This document shows, in pieces, positions 40,401 to 52,240 of a stretch of 64,000 nucleotides of DNA. Source of the DNA: Eledone cirrhosa (lineage: Eukaryota); the NCBI GenBank assembly GCA_964016885.1, contig OZ024742.1, positions 162,564,001 to 162,628,000 of the forward strand, given 5' to 3'. A program made the translations under genes and the position numbers. How positions within the stretch are numbered: position 1 is the first letter of the stretch; each line of letters starts with the position of its first letter. The notes beneath the pieces were generated by a model. That model made no database searches, was not told the DNA's origin, and was given only the letters and a program-made list of their open reading frames with translations.

Positions 40401-43400
40401 GCACCGTTCCAGCATAGGTAATGGCACCCTCCTGACATAGGTAACGGCACCTTCCCAACATAGGTAACGGCACCCTCCTAACATAGGTCATGGCATCTTC
40501 CAACATAGGTAAAGGCACCCTCCCAACATAGGTAACGGCACTCTCCTAACATAGGTAACGGCACCCTCTCTAACATAGGTAATGGGACTCTCCTAACATA
40601 GGTGACAGCACTCTTCCAACAAAGGTAACGGCACCCTTACAACACAGGGAATGGCACTCTCCTAACATAGGTAGCGGCATCCTCCCACCATAGGTAATGG
40701 CACTCTCCCAACATAGGTAACGGCTCACTTCCATCATAGGTAATGGCACCCTCCCAACATAGGTAACGGCACCCTCCTAACATAGGTAACAACACCTTCC
40801 TAACATAGGTAACGACACCCTCCCAACATAGGTAATGGCACTCTCCGATCTTAGGTAACGGCACTCTCCCAACATAGGTTACGGCTCCCTTCCATCATAG
40901 GTAATGGCACCCTCCCAACATAGGTAACGGCACCCTCCTAACATAGGTAACGGCACCCTCCTAACATAGGTAATGGCACCCTTCCAACATAGGTAATGGC
41001 ACCCTCCTAACATAGGTAACGGCACCCTCCCAACATAGGTAACGGCACCCTCCCACCATAGGTAACGGCACTCTCCCATCATGGTTAACGGCACCCTCCT
41101 AACATAGGTAACGGCACCCTCCTAACATAGGTAATGGCACCCTTCCAACATAGGTAATGGCACCCTCCTAACATAGGTAATGTCACCCTCCTAACCTAGG
41201 TAACGGCACCCTCCTAATATAGGTAATGGCATTCTCCCAACATAGGTAATGGCCCCCTCCTAACGTAGGTAAAGGCACCCTTCCAATATAGGTAATGGCA
41301 CCCTCCTAACATAGGTAACGGCACTCTCCTAACATAGGAAACGGCACCCTTCCAACATAGGTAATGGCACCCTCCTAATATAGGTAAAGGCACCCTTCCA
41401 ATATCGGTAATGGCACCCTCCTAACATAGGTAACGGCACTCTCCTAACATAGGAAACGGCACCCTTCCAACATAGGTAATGGCACCCTCCTAAAATAGGT
41501 AACGGCACCCTCCCAACATAGGTAATGGTACTCTCCCAACATAGGTAATGGCACTCTCCCAACATAGGTAATGGTACTCTCCCAACATAGGTAATGGCAC
41601 TCTCCCAACATAGGTAACGGCACTCTCCTAACATAGGTAACGGCACCCTCCCAACATAGGTAACGGCACCCTCCTAACATAGGTAATGGCACTCTCCCAA
41701 CATAGGTAATGGCACCCTCCTAACATAGGTAATGACACCCTTCCAATATAGGTAATGGCATCCTCCTAACATAGGTAATGGCATCCTTCCAACATAGGTA
41801 AAGGCACCCTCCCAACATAGGTAACGGCACTCTCCTAACATAGGTAATGGCACTCTCCCAACATAGGTAACGGCCCCCCTCCTAACATAGGTAATGGCAC
41901 TCTCCCAACATAGGTAATGGCAGCCTCGTAACATAGGTAATGGCACCCTTCCAATATAGGTAATGGCATCCTCCTAACGTAGGTAACGGCACCCTCCTAA
42001 CATAGGCAATAGCACTCTCCCAACATAGGTAACGGCACTCTTCCAACATAGGTAACGGCACTCATCAATCATAGGTAATGGCACCCTCCTAACATAGGTA
42101 ACGACACCCTCCCAACATAGGTAACGGCACGCTCCCAACATAGGCAACGGCACGCTCCCAACATAGGTAACGGCACCCTCCTAACATAGGTAACGTCAGC
42201 CTCCTAACATAGGTAACGGCACCCTTCCAACATAGGTAATGGCACCCTTCTAACATAAGTAACGGCACCCTCCCAACATAGGTAATGGCACTCTCCCAAC
42301 ATAGGTAACGGCACTCTCCTAACATAGTTAACAGCACCCTCCTAACATAGGTAACGGCACCCTTCCAACATAGGTAATGGCACTCTCGTAACATAGCTAA
42401 CGGCACTCTCCCAACATAGGTAATGGCACTCTCACAACATAGTTAAGGGCACCCTTCGAACATAGGTAACGGCACCCACCCAACATAGGTAACGGCACCC
42501 TTACAACATAGGTAATGGCACCCTCCTAACATAGATAACGACACCCTCCCAACATAGGTAACGGCACCCTCCTAACATAGGTAATGGCATTCTCCCAACA
42601 TAGGTAATGGCACCCTCCTAACATAGGTAAAGGCACACTTCCAATATAGGTAATGGCACCCTCCTAACATAGGTAACGGCACTCTCCTAACATATGAGAC
42701 GGCACCCTTCCAACATAGGTAATGGCACCCTCCTAATATGGGTAAAGGCACACTTCCAATATAGGTAATGGCACCCTCCTAACATAGGTAACGGCACTCT
42801 CCTAACATAGGAAACGGCACCCTTCCAACATAGGTAATGGCACCCTCCTAACATAGGTAACGGCACCCTCCCAACATAGGTAATGGTACTCTCCCAACTT
42901 AGGTAATGGTACTCTCCCAACATAGGTAACGGCACTCTCCTAACATAGGTAACGGCACCCTCTCTAACATAGGTAATGGGACTCTCCTAACATAGGTGAC
43001 AGCACTCTTCCAACAAAGGTAACGGCACCCTTACAACACAGGGAATGGCACTCTCCTAACATAGGTAGCGACACCCTCCCACCATAGGTAATGGCACTCT
43101 CCCAACATAGGTAACGGCTCACTTCCATCATAGGTAATGGCACCCTCCCAACATAGGTAACGGCACCCTCCTAACATAGGTAACGGCACCCTCCCAACAT
43201 AGTTAATAGCACTCTCCCAACATAGGTAACTGCAGTCTCCCAACATAGGTAACGGCACCCTCCCAACATAGGTAACGGCACTCTACTAACATAGGTAACT
43301 GCACCCTCCTAACAGAGGTAACGGCACCCTTCCAACATAGGTAATGGCACCCTCCTAACATAGGTAACGGCACCCTCCCAACATAGGTAACGGCACCCTC

Positions 43401-43860
43401 CCACCATAGGTAACGGCACTCTCCCAACATGTTTAATGGCAGCCTCCTTACATAGGTAACGGCACTCTTCCAATATAGGTAATGGCACCCTCCTAACCTA
43501 GGTAACGGCACCCTCCCAACATAGGGAATGGCACTCTCCCAACATAGGTAACGGCACCCTCCTAAAGTAGGTAACGGAACCCTTCTAACATAGGTAATGG
43601 CACCCTCATAATATAGGTAACGGCACCCTCCCAACATAGATAATGGGACTCTCCCAACATAGGTAACGGCACCCTCCCAACAGAGGTAACGGCACCCTCA
43701 CAACATAGGTAACGGCATTCTCCTAACATAGGTAATGGCACCCTCCTAACATAGGTAATGGCACCCTCCCAACATAGGTAACGCCACTCTCCTAACATAG
43801 ATAACGGCACCCTCCTAAAATAGGTAACGGCACCCTTCCAACATAGGTAATGGCACCCTC
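37464..43860. repeat. Dispersed copy of about 20621-26994 (offset 16820-16866)
   Basis: ORF pairs 21012/37855, 21205/38048, 22024/38867, 23009/39852 (16843); 23817/40637 (16820); 24463/41329, 25223/42089, 26337/43203 (16866). The rare variant CCAATATCGG is shared at about 24532 and 41398. Confidence 0.9.
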
Positions 43861-46800
43861 GTAACATAGCTAACTGCACTCTCCCAACATAGGTAATGGC
43901 ATTCTCCCAACATAGGTAACGGCACCCTCCCAACATAGGTAAAGACACCCTTCTAACATAGGTAACGGCACCCACCCAATATAGGTAACGGCACCCTTAC
44001 AACATAGGTAATGGCACCCTCCTAACATAGGTAACGGCACCCTCCCAACATAGGTAACGGCACTCTCCCAACTTAGGTAACGGCACCCTCCCAACATAGG
44101 TAACGGCACCCTCCAAACATAGGTAATGGCACTCTCCCAACATAGGTAATGGCACCCTCCTAACATAGGTAATGACACCCTTCCAATATAGGTAATGGCA
44201 TCCTCCTAACGTAGGTAATGGTAATTTCCCAACATAGGTAACGGCACCGTTCCAGCATATCTAATAGCACCCTCCTAACATAGGTAACGGCACCTTCCCA
44301 ACATAGGTAACGGCACTCTCCTAACATAGGTAATGGCACTCTCCCAACATAGGTAACGCCCCCCTCCTAACATAGGTAATGGCACTCTCCCAACATAGGT
44401 AATGTCAGCCTCCTAACATAGGTAATGGCACACTTCCAATATAGGTAATGGCATCCTCCTAACGTAGGTAACGGCACCCTCCTAACATAGGTAATGGCAC
44501 TCTCCCAACATAGGTAACGGCACTCTTCCAACATAGGTAACGGCACTCATCAATCATAGGTAATGGCACCCTCCTAACATAGGTAACGGCACCCTCCGAA
44601 CATAGGTAACGGCACGTTCCCAACATAGGCAACGGCACGCTCCCAACATAGGTAACGGCACCCTCATAACATAGGTAACGTCAGCCTCCTAACATAGGTA
44701 ACGGCACCCTTCCAACATAGGTAATGGCACCCTTCTAACATAAGTAACGGCACCCTCCCAACATAGGTAACGGCACTCTCCCAACATAGGTAACGGCACT
44801 CTTCCAACATAGGTAACGGCACTCATCAATCATAGGTAATGGCACCCTCCTAACATAGGTAACGGCACCCTCCCAACATAGGTAACGGCACGCTCCCAAC
44901 ATAGGCAACGGCACGCTCCCAACATAGGTAACGGCACCCTCCTAACATAGGTAACGTCAGCCTCCTAACATAGGTAACGGCACCCTTCCAACATAGGTAA
45001 TGGGACTCTCCTAACATAGGTGACAGCACTCTTCCAACAAAGGTAACGGCACCCTTACAACACAGGGAATGGCACTCTCCTAACATAGGTAGCGGCACCC
45101 TCCCACCATAGGTAACGGCACTCTCCCAACATAGGTAACGGCACCCACCTAACATAGGTAACGGCACCCTCCCAACATAGTTAATAGCACTCTCCCAACA
45201 TAGGTAACTGCAGTCTCCCAACATAGGTAACGGCACCCTCCCAACATAGGTAACGGCACTCTACTAACATAGGTAACTGCACCCTCCTAACAGAGGTAAC
45301 GGCACCCTTCCAACATAGGTAATGGCACCCTCCTAACATAGGTAACGGCACCCTCCCAACATAGGTAACGGCACCCTCCCACCATAGGTAACGGCACTCT
45401 CCCAACATGTTTAATGGCAGCCTCCTTACATAGGTAACGGCACTCTTCCAATATAGGTAATGGCACCCTCCTAACCTAGGTAACGGCACCCTCCCAACAT
45501 AGGGAATGGCACTCTCCCAACATAGGTAACGGCACCCTCCTAAAGTAGGTAACGGAACCCTTCTAACATAGGTAATGGCACCCTCATAATATAGGTAACG
45601 GCACCCTCCCAACATAGATAATGGGACTCTCCCAACATAGGTAACGGCACCCTCCCAACAGAGGTAACGGCACCCTCACAACATAGGTAACGGCATTCTC
45701 CTAACATAGGTAATGGCACCCTCCTAACATAGGTAATGGCACCCTCCCAACATAGGTAACGCCACTCTCCTAACATAGATAACGGCACCCTCCTAAAATA
45801 GGTAACGGCACCCTTCCAACATAGGTAATGGCACCCTCGTAACATAGCTAACTGCACTCTCCCAACATAGGTAATGGCATTCTCCCAACATAGGTAACGG
45901 CACCCTCCCAACATAGGTAAAGACACCCTTCTAACATAGGTAACGGCACCCACCCAATATAGGTAACGGCACCCTTACAACATAGGTAATGGCACCCTCC
46001 TAACATAGGTAACGGCACCCTCCCAACATAGGTAACGGCACTCTCCCAACTTAGGTAACGGCACCCTCCCAACATAGGTAACGGCACCCTCCAAACATAG
46101 GTAATGGCACTCTCCCAACATAGGTAATGGCACCCTCCTAACATAGGTAATGACACCCTTCCAATATAGGTAATGGCATCCTCCTAACGTAGGTAATGGT
46201 AATTTCCCAACATAGGTAACGGCACCGTTCCAGCATATCTAATAGCACCCTCCTAACATAGGTAACGGCACCTTCCCAACATAGGTAACGGCACTCTCCT
46301 AACATAGGTAATGGCACTCTCCCAACATAGGTAACGCCCCCCTCCTAACATAGGTAATGGCACTCTCCCAACATAGGTAATGTCAGCCTCCTAACATAGG
46401 TAATGGCACACTTCCAATATAGGTAATGGCATCCTCCTAACGTAGGTAACGGCACCCTCCTAACATAGGTAATGGCACTCTCCCAACATAGGTAACGGCA
46501 CTCTTCCAACATAGGTAACGGCACTCATCAATCATAGGTAATGGCACCCTCCTAACATAGGTAACGGCACCCTCCGAACATAGGTAACGGCACGTTCCCA
46601 ACATAGGCAACGGCACGCTCCCAACATAGGTAACGGCACCCTCATAACATAGGTAACGTCAGCCTCCTAACATAGGTAACGGCACCCTTCCAACATAGGT
46701 AATGGCACCCTTCTAACATAAGTAACGGCACCCTCCCAACATAGGTAACGGCACTCTCCCAACATAGGTAACGGCACTCTTCCAACATAGGTAACGGCAC

Positions 46801-47340
46801 TCATCAATCATAGGTAATGGCACCCTCCTAACATAGGTAACGGCACCCTCCCAACATAGGTAACGGCACGCTCCCAACATAGGCAACGGCACGCTCCCAA
46901 CATAGGTAACGGCACCCTCCTAACATAGGTAACGTCAGCCTCCTAACATAGGTAACGGCACCCTTCCAACATAGGTAATGGGACTCTCCTAACATAGGTG
47001 ACAGCACTCTTCCAACAAAGGTAACGGCACCCTTACAACACAGGGAATGGCACTCTCCTAACATAGGTAGCGGCACCCTCCCACCATAGGTAACGGCACT
47101 CTCCCAACATAGGTAACGGCACCCACCTAACATAGGTAACGGCACCCTCCCAACATAGTTAATAGCACTCTCCCAACATAGGTAACTGCAGTCTCCCAAC
47201 ATAGGTAACGGCACCCTCCCAACATAGGTAACGGCACTCTACTAACATAGGTAACTGCACCCTCCTAACAGAGGTAACGGCACCCTTCCAACATAGGTAA
47301 TGGCACCCTCCTAACATAGGTAACGGCACCCTCCCAACAT
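43171..47340. repeat. Tandem duplication of a 1978-bp unit (86 monomers) within Sat-A
   Basis: ORF pairs 43203/45181, 43562/45540, 43870/45848 and 44850/46828 are all offset 1978 = 86x23. Shared private variants include ATAGGGAATG, GGTAATTTCCC, CAGCATATCTAATAGC and CTCCGAAC. Confidence 0.95.
44490..45000. repeat. Local 276-bp (12-monomer) duplication, itself copied by the 1978-bp duplication
   Basis: CTCATCAATC occurs at 44546 and 44822, each followed by the same CACG.. / GTCAGCC monomer series. The pair recurs at +1978. Confidence 0.8.
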
Positions 47341-50059
47341 AGGTTACGGCACCCTCCCACCATAGGTAACGGCACTCTCCCAACATGGTTAATGGCAGCC
47401 TCCCTACATAGGTAACGGCACTCTTCCAATATAGGTAATGGCACCCTCCTAACCTAGGTAACGGCACCCTCCCAACATAGGTAATGACACTCTCCCAACA
47501 TAGGTAACGGCACCCTCCTAACGTAGGTAACGGAACCCTTCTAACATAGGTAATGGCACCCTCATAATATAGGTAACGGCACCCTCCCAAAATAGGTAAT
47601 GGCACTCTCCCAACATAGGTAACGGCACCCTCCCAACAGAGGTAACGGCACCCTCCCAACATAGGTAACGGCATTCTCCTAACATAGGTAATGGCACCCT
47701 CCTAACATAGGTATTGGCACCCTCCTAACATAGGTAATGGCACCCTCCCAACATAGGTAACGCCACTCTCCTAACATAGATAACGGCACCCTCCTAAAAT
47801 AGGAAACGGCACCCATCCAACATAGGTAATGGCACCCTCCTAACATAGGTAACGGCACCCTCCCAACATAGGTAACGGCACTCTCCCAACATAGGTAACG
47901 GCACCCTCCCAACATAGGTAACGGAACCCTCCTAACATAGGTAATGGCACTCTCCCAACATAGGTAATGGCACCCTCCTAACATAGGTAATGGCACCCTT
48001 CCAATATAGGTAATGGCATCCTCCTAACGTAGGTAATGGTACTCTCCCAACATAGATAACGGCACCCTCTTAAAATAGGTAACGGCACCCTTCCAACATA
48101 GGTAAAGGCACCCTCGTAACATAGCTAACTGCACTCTCCCAACATAGGTAATGGCATTCTCCCAACATAGGTAACGGCACCCTCCCAACATAGGTAACGG
48201 CACCCTTCTAACATAGGTAACGGCACCCACCCAACATAGGTAACGGCACTCTCCCATCATGGTTAATGGCACCCTCCTTACATAGGTAACGGCACCCTTC
48301 CAACATAGGTAATGGCACCCTCCTAACATAGGTAACGGCACCCTCCCAACATAGGTAATGGTACTCTCCCAACATAGGTAATGGTACTCTCCCAACATAG
48401 GTAACGGCACTCTCCTAACATAGGTAACGGCACCCTCTCTAACATAGGTAATGGGACTCTCCTAACATAGGTGACAGCACTCTTCCAACAAAGGTAACGG
48501 CACCCTTACAACACAGGGAATGGCATTCTCCTAACATAGGTAGCGGCACCCTCCCACCATAGGTAATGGCAGTCTCCCAACATAGGTAACGGCTCACTTC
48601 CATCATAGGTAATGGCACCCTCCTAACATAGGTAACGGCACCCTCCCAACATAGTTAATAGCACTCTCCCAACATAGGTAACTGCAGTCTCCCAACATAG
48701 GTAACGGCACCCTCCCAACATAGGTAACGGCACTCTACTAACATAGGTAACTGCACCCTCCTAACAGAGGTAACGGCACCCTTCCAACATAGGTAATGGC
48801 ACTCTCCTAACATAGGTAACGGCACCCTCCCAACATAGGTAACGGCACCCTCCTAACGTAGATGACGGAACCCTTCTAACATAGGTAATGGCACACTCAT
48901 AATATAGGTAACGGCACCCTCCCAACATAGGTAATGGCACTATCCCAACCTAGGTAACGGCACCCTCCCAAAAGAGGTAACGGCACCCTCCCAACATAGG
49001 TAACGGCATTCTCCTAACATAGGTAATGGCACCCTCCTAACATAGGTAATGGCACCCTCCCAACATAGGTAACGGCACTCTCCTAACATAGATAACGGCA
49101 CCCTCCTAAAATAGTTAACGGCACCCTTCCAACATAGGTAATGACACCCTCGTAACATAGTTAACGGCACTCTCCCAACATAGGTAATGGCACTCTCCCA
49201 ACATAGGTAACGGCACCCTCCCAACATAGGTAACGGCACCCTTCTAACATAGGTAACGGCACGCACCCAACATAGGTAACGGCACCATTACAACATAGGT
49301 AATGGTACCCTCCTAACATAGGTAACGTCACCCTCCCAACATAGGTAACGGCACTCTCCCAACATAGATAACGGCACCCTCCCAGCATAGGTAACGGCAC
49401 CCTCCTAACATAGGTAATGGCACTCTCCCAACATAGGTAATGGCACCCTCCTAACATAGGTAATGGCATCCTTTTAACGTAGGTAATGGTACTTTCCCAA
49501 CATAGGTAACGGCACCGTTCCAGCATAGGTAATGGCACCCTCCTGACATAGGTAACGGCACCTTCCCAACATAGGTAACGGCACCCTCCTAACATAGGTC
49601 ATGGCATCTTCCAACATAGGTAAAGGCACCCTCCCAACATAGGTAACGGCACTCTCCTAACATAGGTAACGGCACCCTCTCTAACATAGGTAATGGGACT
49701 CTCCTAACATAGGTGACAGCACTCTTCCAACAAAGGTAACGGCACCCTTACAACACAGGGAATGGCACTCTCCTAACATAGGTAGCGGCATCCTCCCACC
49801 ATAGGTAATGGCACTCTCCCAACATAGGTAACGGCTCACTTCCATCATAGGTAATGGCACCCTCCCAACATAGGTAACGGCACCCTCCTAACATAGGTAA
49901 CAACACCTTCCTAACATAGGTAACGACACCCTCCCAACATAGGTAATGGCACTCTCCGATCTTAGGTAACGGCACTCTCCCAACATAGGTTAAGGCTCCC
50001 TTCCATCATAGGTAATGGCACCCTCCCAACATAGGTAACGGCACCCTCCTAACATAGGT

Positions 50060-50760
50060 AACGGCACCCTCCTAACATAGGTAATGGCACCCTTCCAACA
50101 TAGGTAATGGCACCCTCCTAACATAGCTAACGGCACTCTCCCAACATAGGTAATGGCACTCTCACAATATAGTTAAGGGCACCCTTCTAACATAGGTAAC
50201 GGCACCCACCCAACATTGGTAACGGCACCCTTACAACATAAGTAATGGCACCCTCCTAACATAGGTAACGGCACCCTCCCAACATAGGTAACGGCACCCT
50301 CCTAACATAGGTAATGGCATTCTCCCAACATAGGTAATGGCACCCTCCTAACATAGGTAAAGGCACCCTTCCAATATAGGTAATGGCACCCTCCTAACAT
50401 AGGTAACGGCACCCTCCTAACATAGGTAATGGCACCCTTCCAACATAGGTAATGGCACCCTCTTAACATAGCTAACGGCACTCTCCCAACATAGGTAATG
50501 GCACTCTCACAATATAGTTAAGGGCACCCTTCTAACATAGGTAACGGCACCCACCCAACATTGGTAACGGCACCCTTACAACATAGGTAATGGCACCCTC
50601 CTAACATAGGTAACGGCACCCTCCCAACATAGGTAACCGCACCCTCCTAACATAGGTAATGGCATTCTCCCAACATAGGTAATGGCACCCTCCTAACATA
50701 GGTAAAGGCACCCTTCCAATATAGGTAATGGCACCCTCCTAACATAGGTAACGGCACCCT
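50060..50760. repeat. Local 345-bp (15-monomer) tandem duplication, with a further copy at about 51900-52234
   Basis: CTCACAATATAGTTAAGGG occurs at 50161, 50506 and 51956. Confidence 0.85.
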
Positions 50761-50959
50761 CCCAACATAGGTAATGGTACTCTCCCAACATAGGTAATGG
50801 TACTCTCCCAACATAGGTAACGGCACACTCCTAACATAGGTAACGGCACCCTCTCTAACATAGGTAATGGGACTCTCCTAACATAGGTGACAGCACTCTT
50901 CCAACAAAGGTAACGGCACCCTTACAACACAGGGAATGGCACTCTCCTAACATAGGTAG

Positions 50960-51235
50960 CGGCACCCTCCCACCATAGGTAACGGCACTCTCCCAACATA
51001 GGTAACGGCACCCACCTAACATAGGTAACGGCACCCTCCCAACATAGTTAATAGCACTCTCCCAACATAGGTAACTGCAGTCTCCCAACATAGGTAACGG
51101 CACCCTCCCACCATAGGTAACGGCACTCTCCCAACATAGGTAACGGCACCCACCTAACATAGGTAACGGCACCCTCCCAACATAGTTAATAGCACTCTCC
51201 CAACATAGGTAACTGCAGTCTCCCAACATAGGTAA
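50960..51235. repeat. Local 138-bp (6-monomer) tandem duplication
   Basis: CCCACCTAAC occurs at 51011 and 51149. A 46-aa block is repeated twice in ORF 50855..51586. Confidence 0.88.
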
Positions 51236-52229
51236 CTGCACCCTCCTAACAGAGGTAACGGCACCCTTCCAACATAGGTAATGGCACCCTCCTAACATAG
51301 GTAACGGCACCCTCCCAACATAGGTAACGGCACCCTCCCACCATAGGTAACGGCACTCTCCCAACATGGTTAATGGCAGCCTCCCTACATAGGTAACGGC
51401 ACTCTTCCAATATAGGTAATGGCACCCTCCTAACCTAGGTAACGGCACCCTCCCAACATAGGTAATGACACTCTCCCAACATAGGTAACGGCACCCTCCT
51501 AATGTAGGTAACGGAACCCTTCTAACATAGGTAATGGCACCCTCATAATATAGGTAACGGCACCCTCCCAAAATAGGTAATGGCACTCTCCCAACATAGG
51601 TAACGGCACCCTACCAACAGAGGTAACGGCACCCTCCCAACATAGGTAACGGCATTCTCCTAACATAGGTAATGGCACCCTCCTAACATAGGTATTGGCA
51701 CCCTCCTAACATAGGTAATGGCACCCTCCCAACATAGGTAACGCCACTCTCCTAACATAGATAACGGCACCCTCCTAAAATAGGAAACGGCACCCTTCCA
51801 ACGTAGGTAATGGCACCCTCCTAACATAGGTAACGGCACCCTCCCAACATAGGTAACGGTACTCTCCCAACATAGGTAACGGCACCCTCCCAACATAGGT
51901 AATGGCACCCTCCTAACATAGCTAACGGCACTCTCCCAACATAGGTAATGGCACTCTCACAATATAGTTAAGGGCACCCTTCTAACATAGGTAACGGCAC
52001 CCACCCAACATTGGTAACGGCACCCTTACAACATAAGTAATGGCACCCTCCTAACATAGGTAACGGCACCCTCCCAACATAGGTAACGGCACCCTCCTAA
52101 CATAGGTAATGGCATTCTCCCAACATAGGTAATGGCACCCTCCTAACATAGGTAAAGGCACCCTTCCAATATAGGTAATGGCACCCTCCTAACATAGGTA
52201 ACGGCACCCTCCCAACATAGGTAATGGTA

Positions 52230-52240
52230 CTCTCTTTTAA
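52230..52240. other. Abrupt Sat-A/Sat-B junction at 52234/52235
   Basis: ...GGTAATGGTACTCTC|TTTTAAGAATTTTAGGAATC...; the last 23-mer is cut mid-monomer, with no spacer and no degenerate zone. Confidence 0.95.

Larger units (their letters stand above)
1..52234. repeat. 23-bp tandem satellite array (Sat-A), consensus AACATAGGTAAYGGCACYCTCCY, about 2,270 monomers in one orientation; runs off the left edge of the window
   Basis: AACATAGGTAA recurs every 23 bp (e.g. 17, 40) without interruption to 52234. Three common C/T variable sites at monomer positions 12, 18 and 23, plus a frequent CCCTTCC variant. Occasional 22- and 24-bp monomers. The minus-strand ORFs repeat every 23 aa (3 monomers = 69 nt). 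Confidence 0.99.

Noticed and set aside
269-51908. More than 100 minus-strand Cys/Trp-rich ORFs (MLGGCRYLCWEGAVTYVGRVPLP repeats), up to 336 aa
   Set aside because: The 23-aa period is just three 23-bp monomers read through all frames. The same peptide appears in overlapping frames, and ORF ends depend on whether a T variant puts TAG in frame. There is no unique domain or sign of codon-level constraint.
1-52234. CRISPR array (repeat length in the 23-bp range)
   Set aside because: Monomers are directly adjacent with no unique spacers, and there is no leader or cas gene.
1-52234. Long yeast-type telomeric repeat (Candida albicans has a 23-bp unit)
   Set aside because: The sequence does not resemble ACGGATGTCTAACTTCTTGGTGT. 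The array is over 52 kb, heterogeneous and has multi-kb duplications, unlike telomerase-templated tracts.
1-52234. Deliberate information encoding (binary code or synthetic data storage) in the C/T sites
   Set aside because: The variant order is explained by nested duplication with sporadic point mutations and indels, typical of natural satellite evolution.
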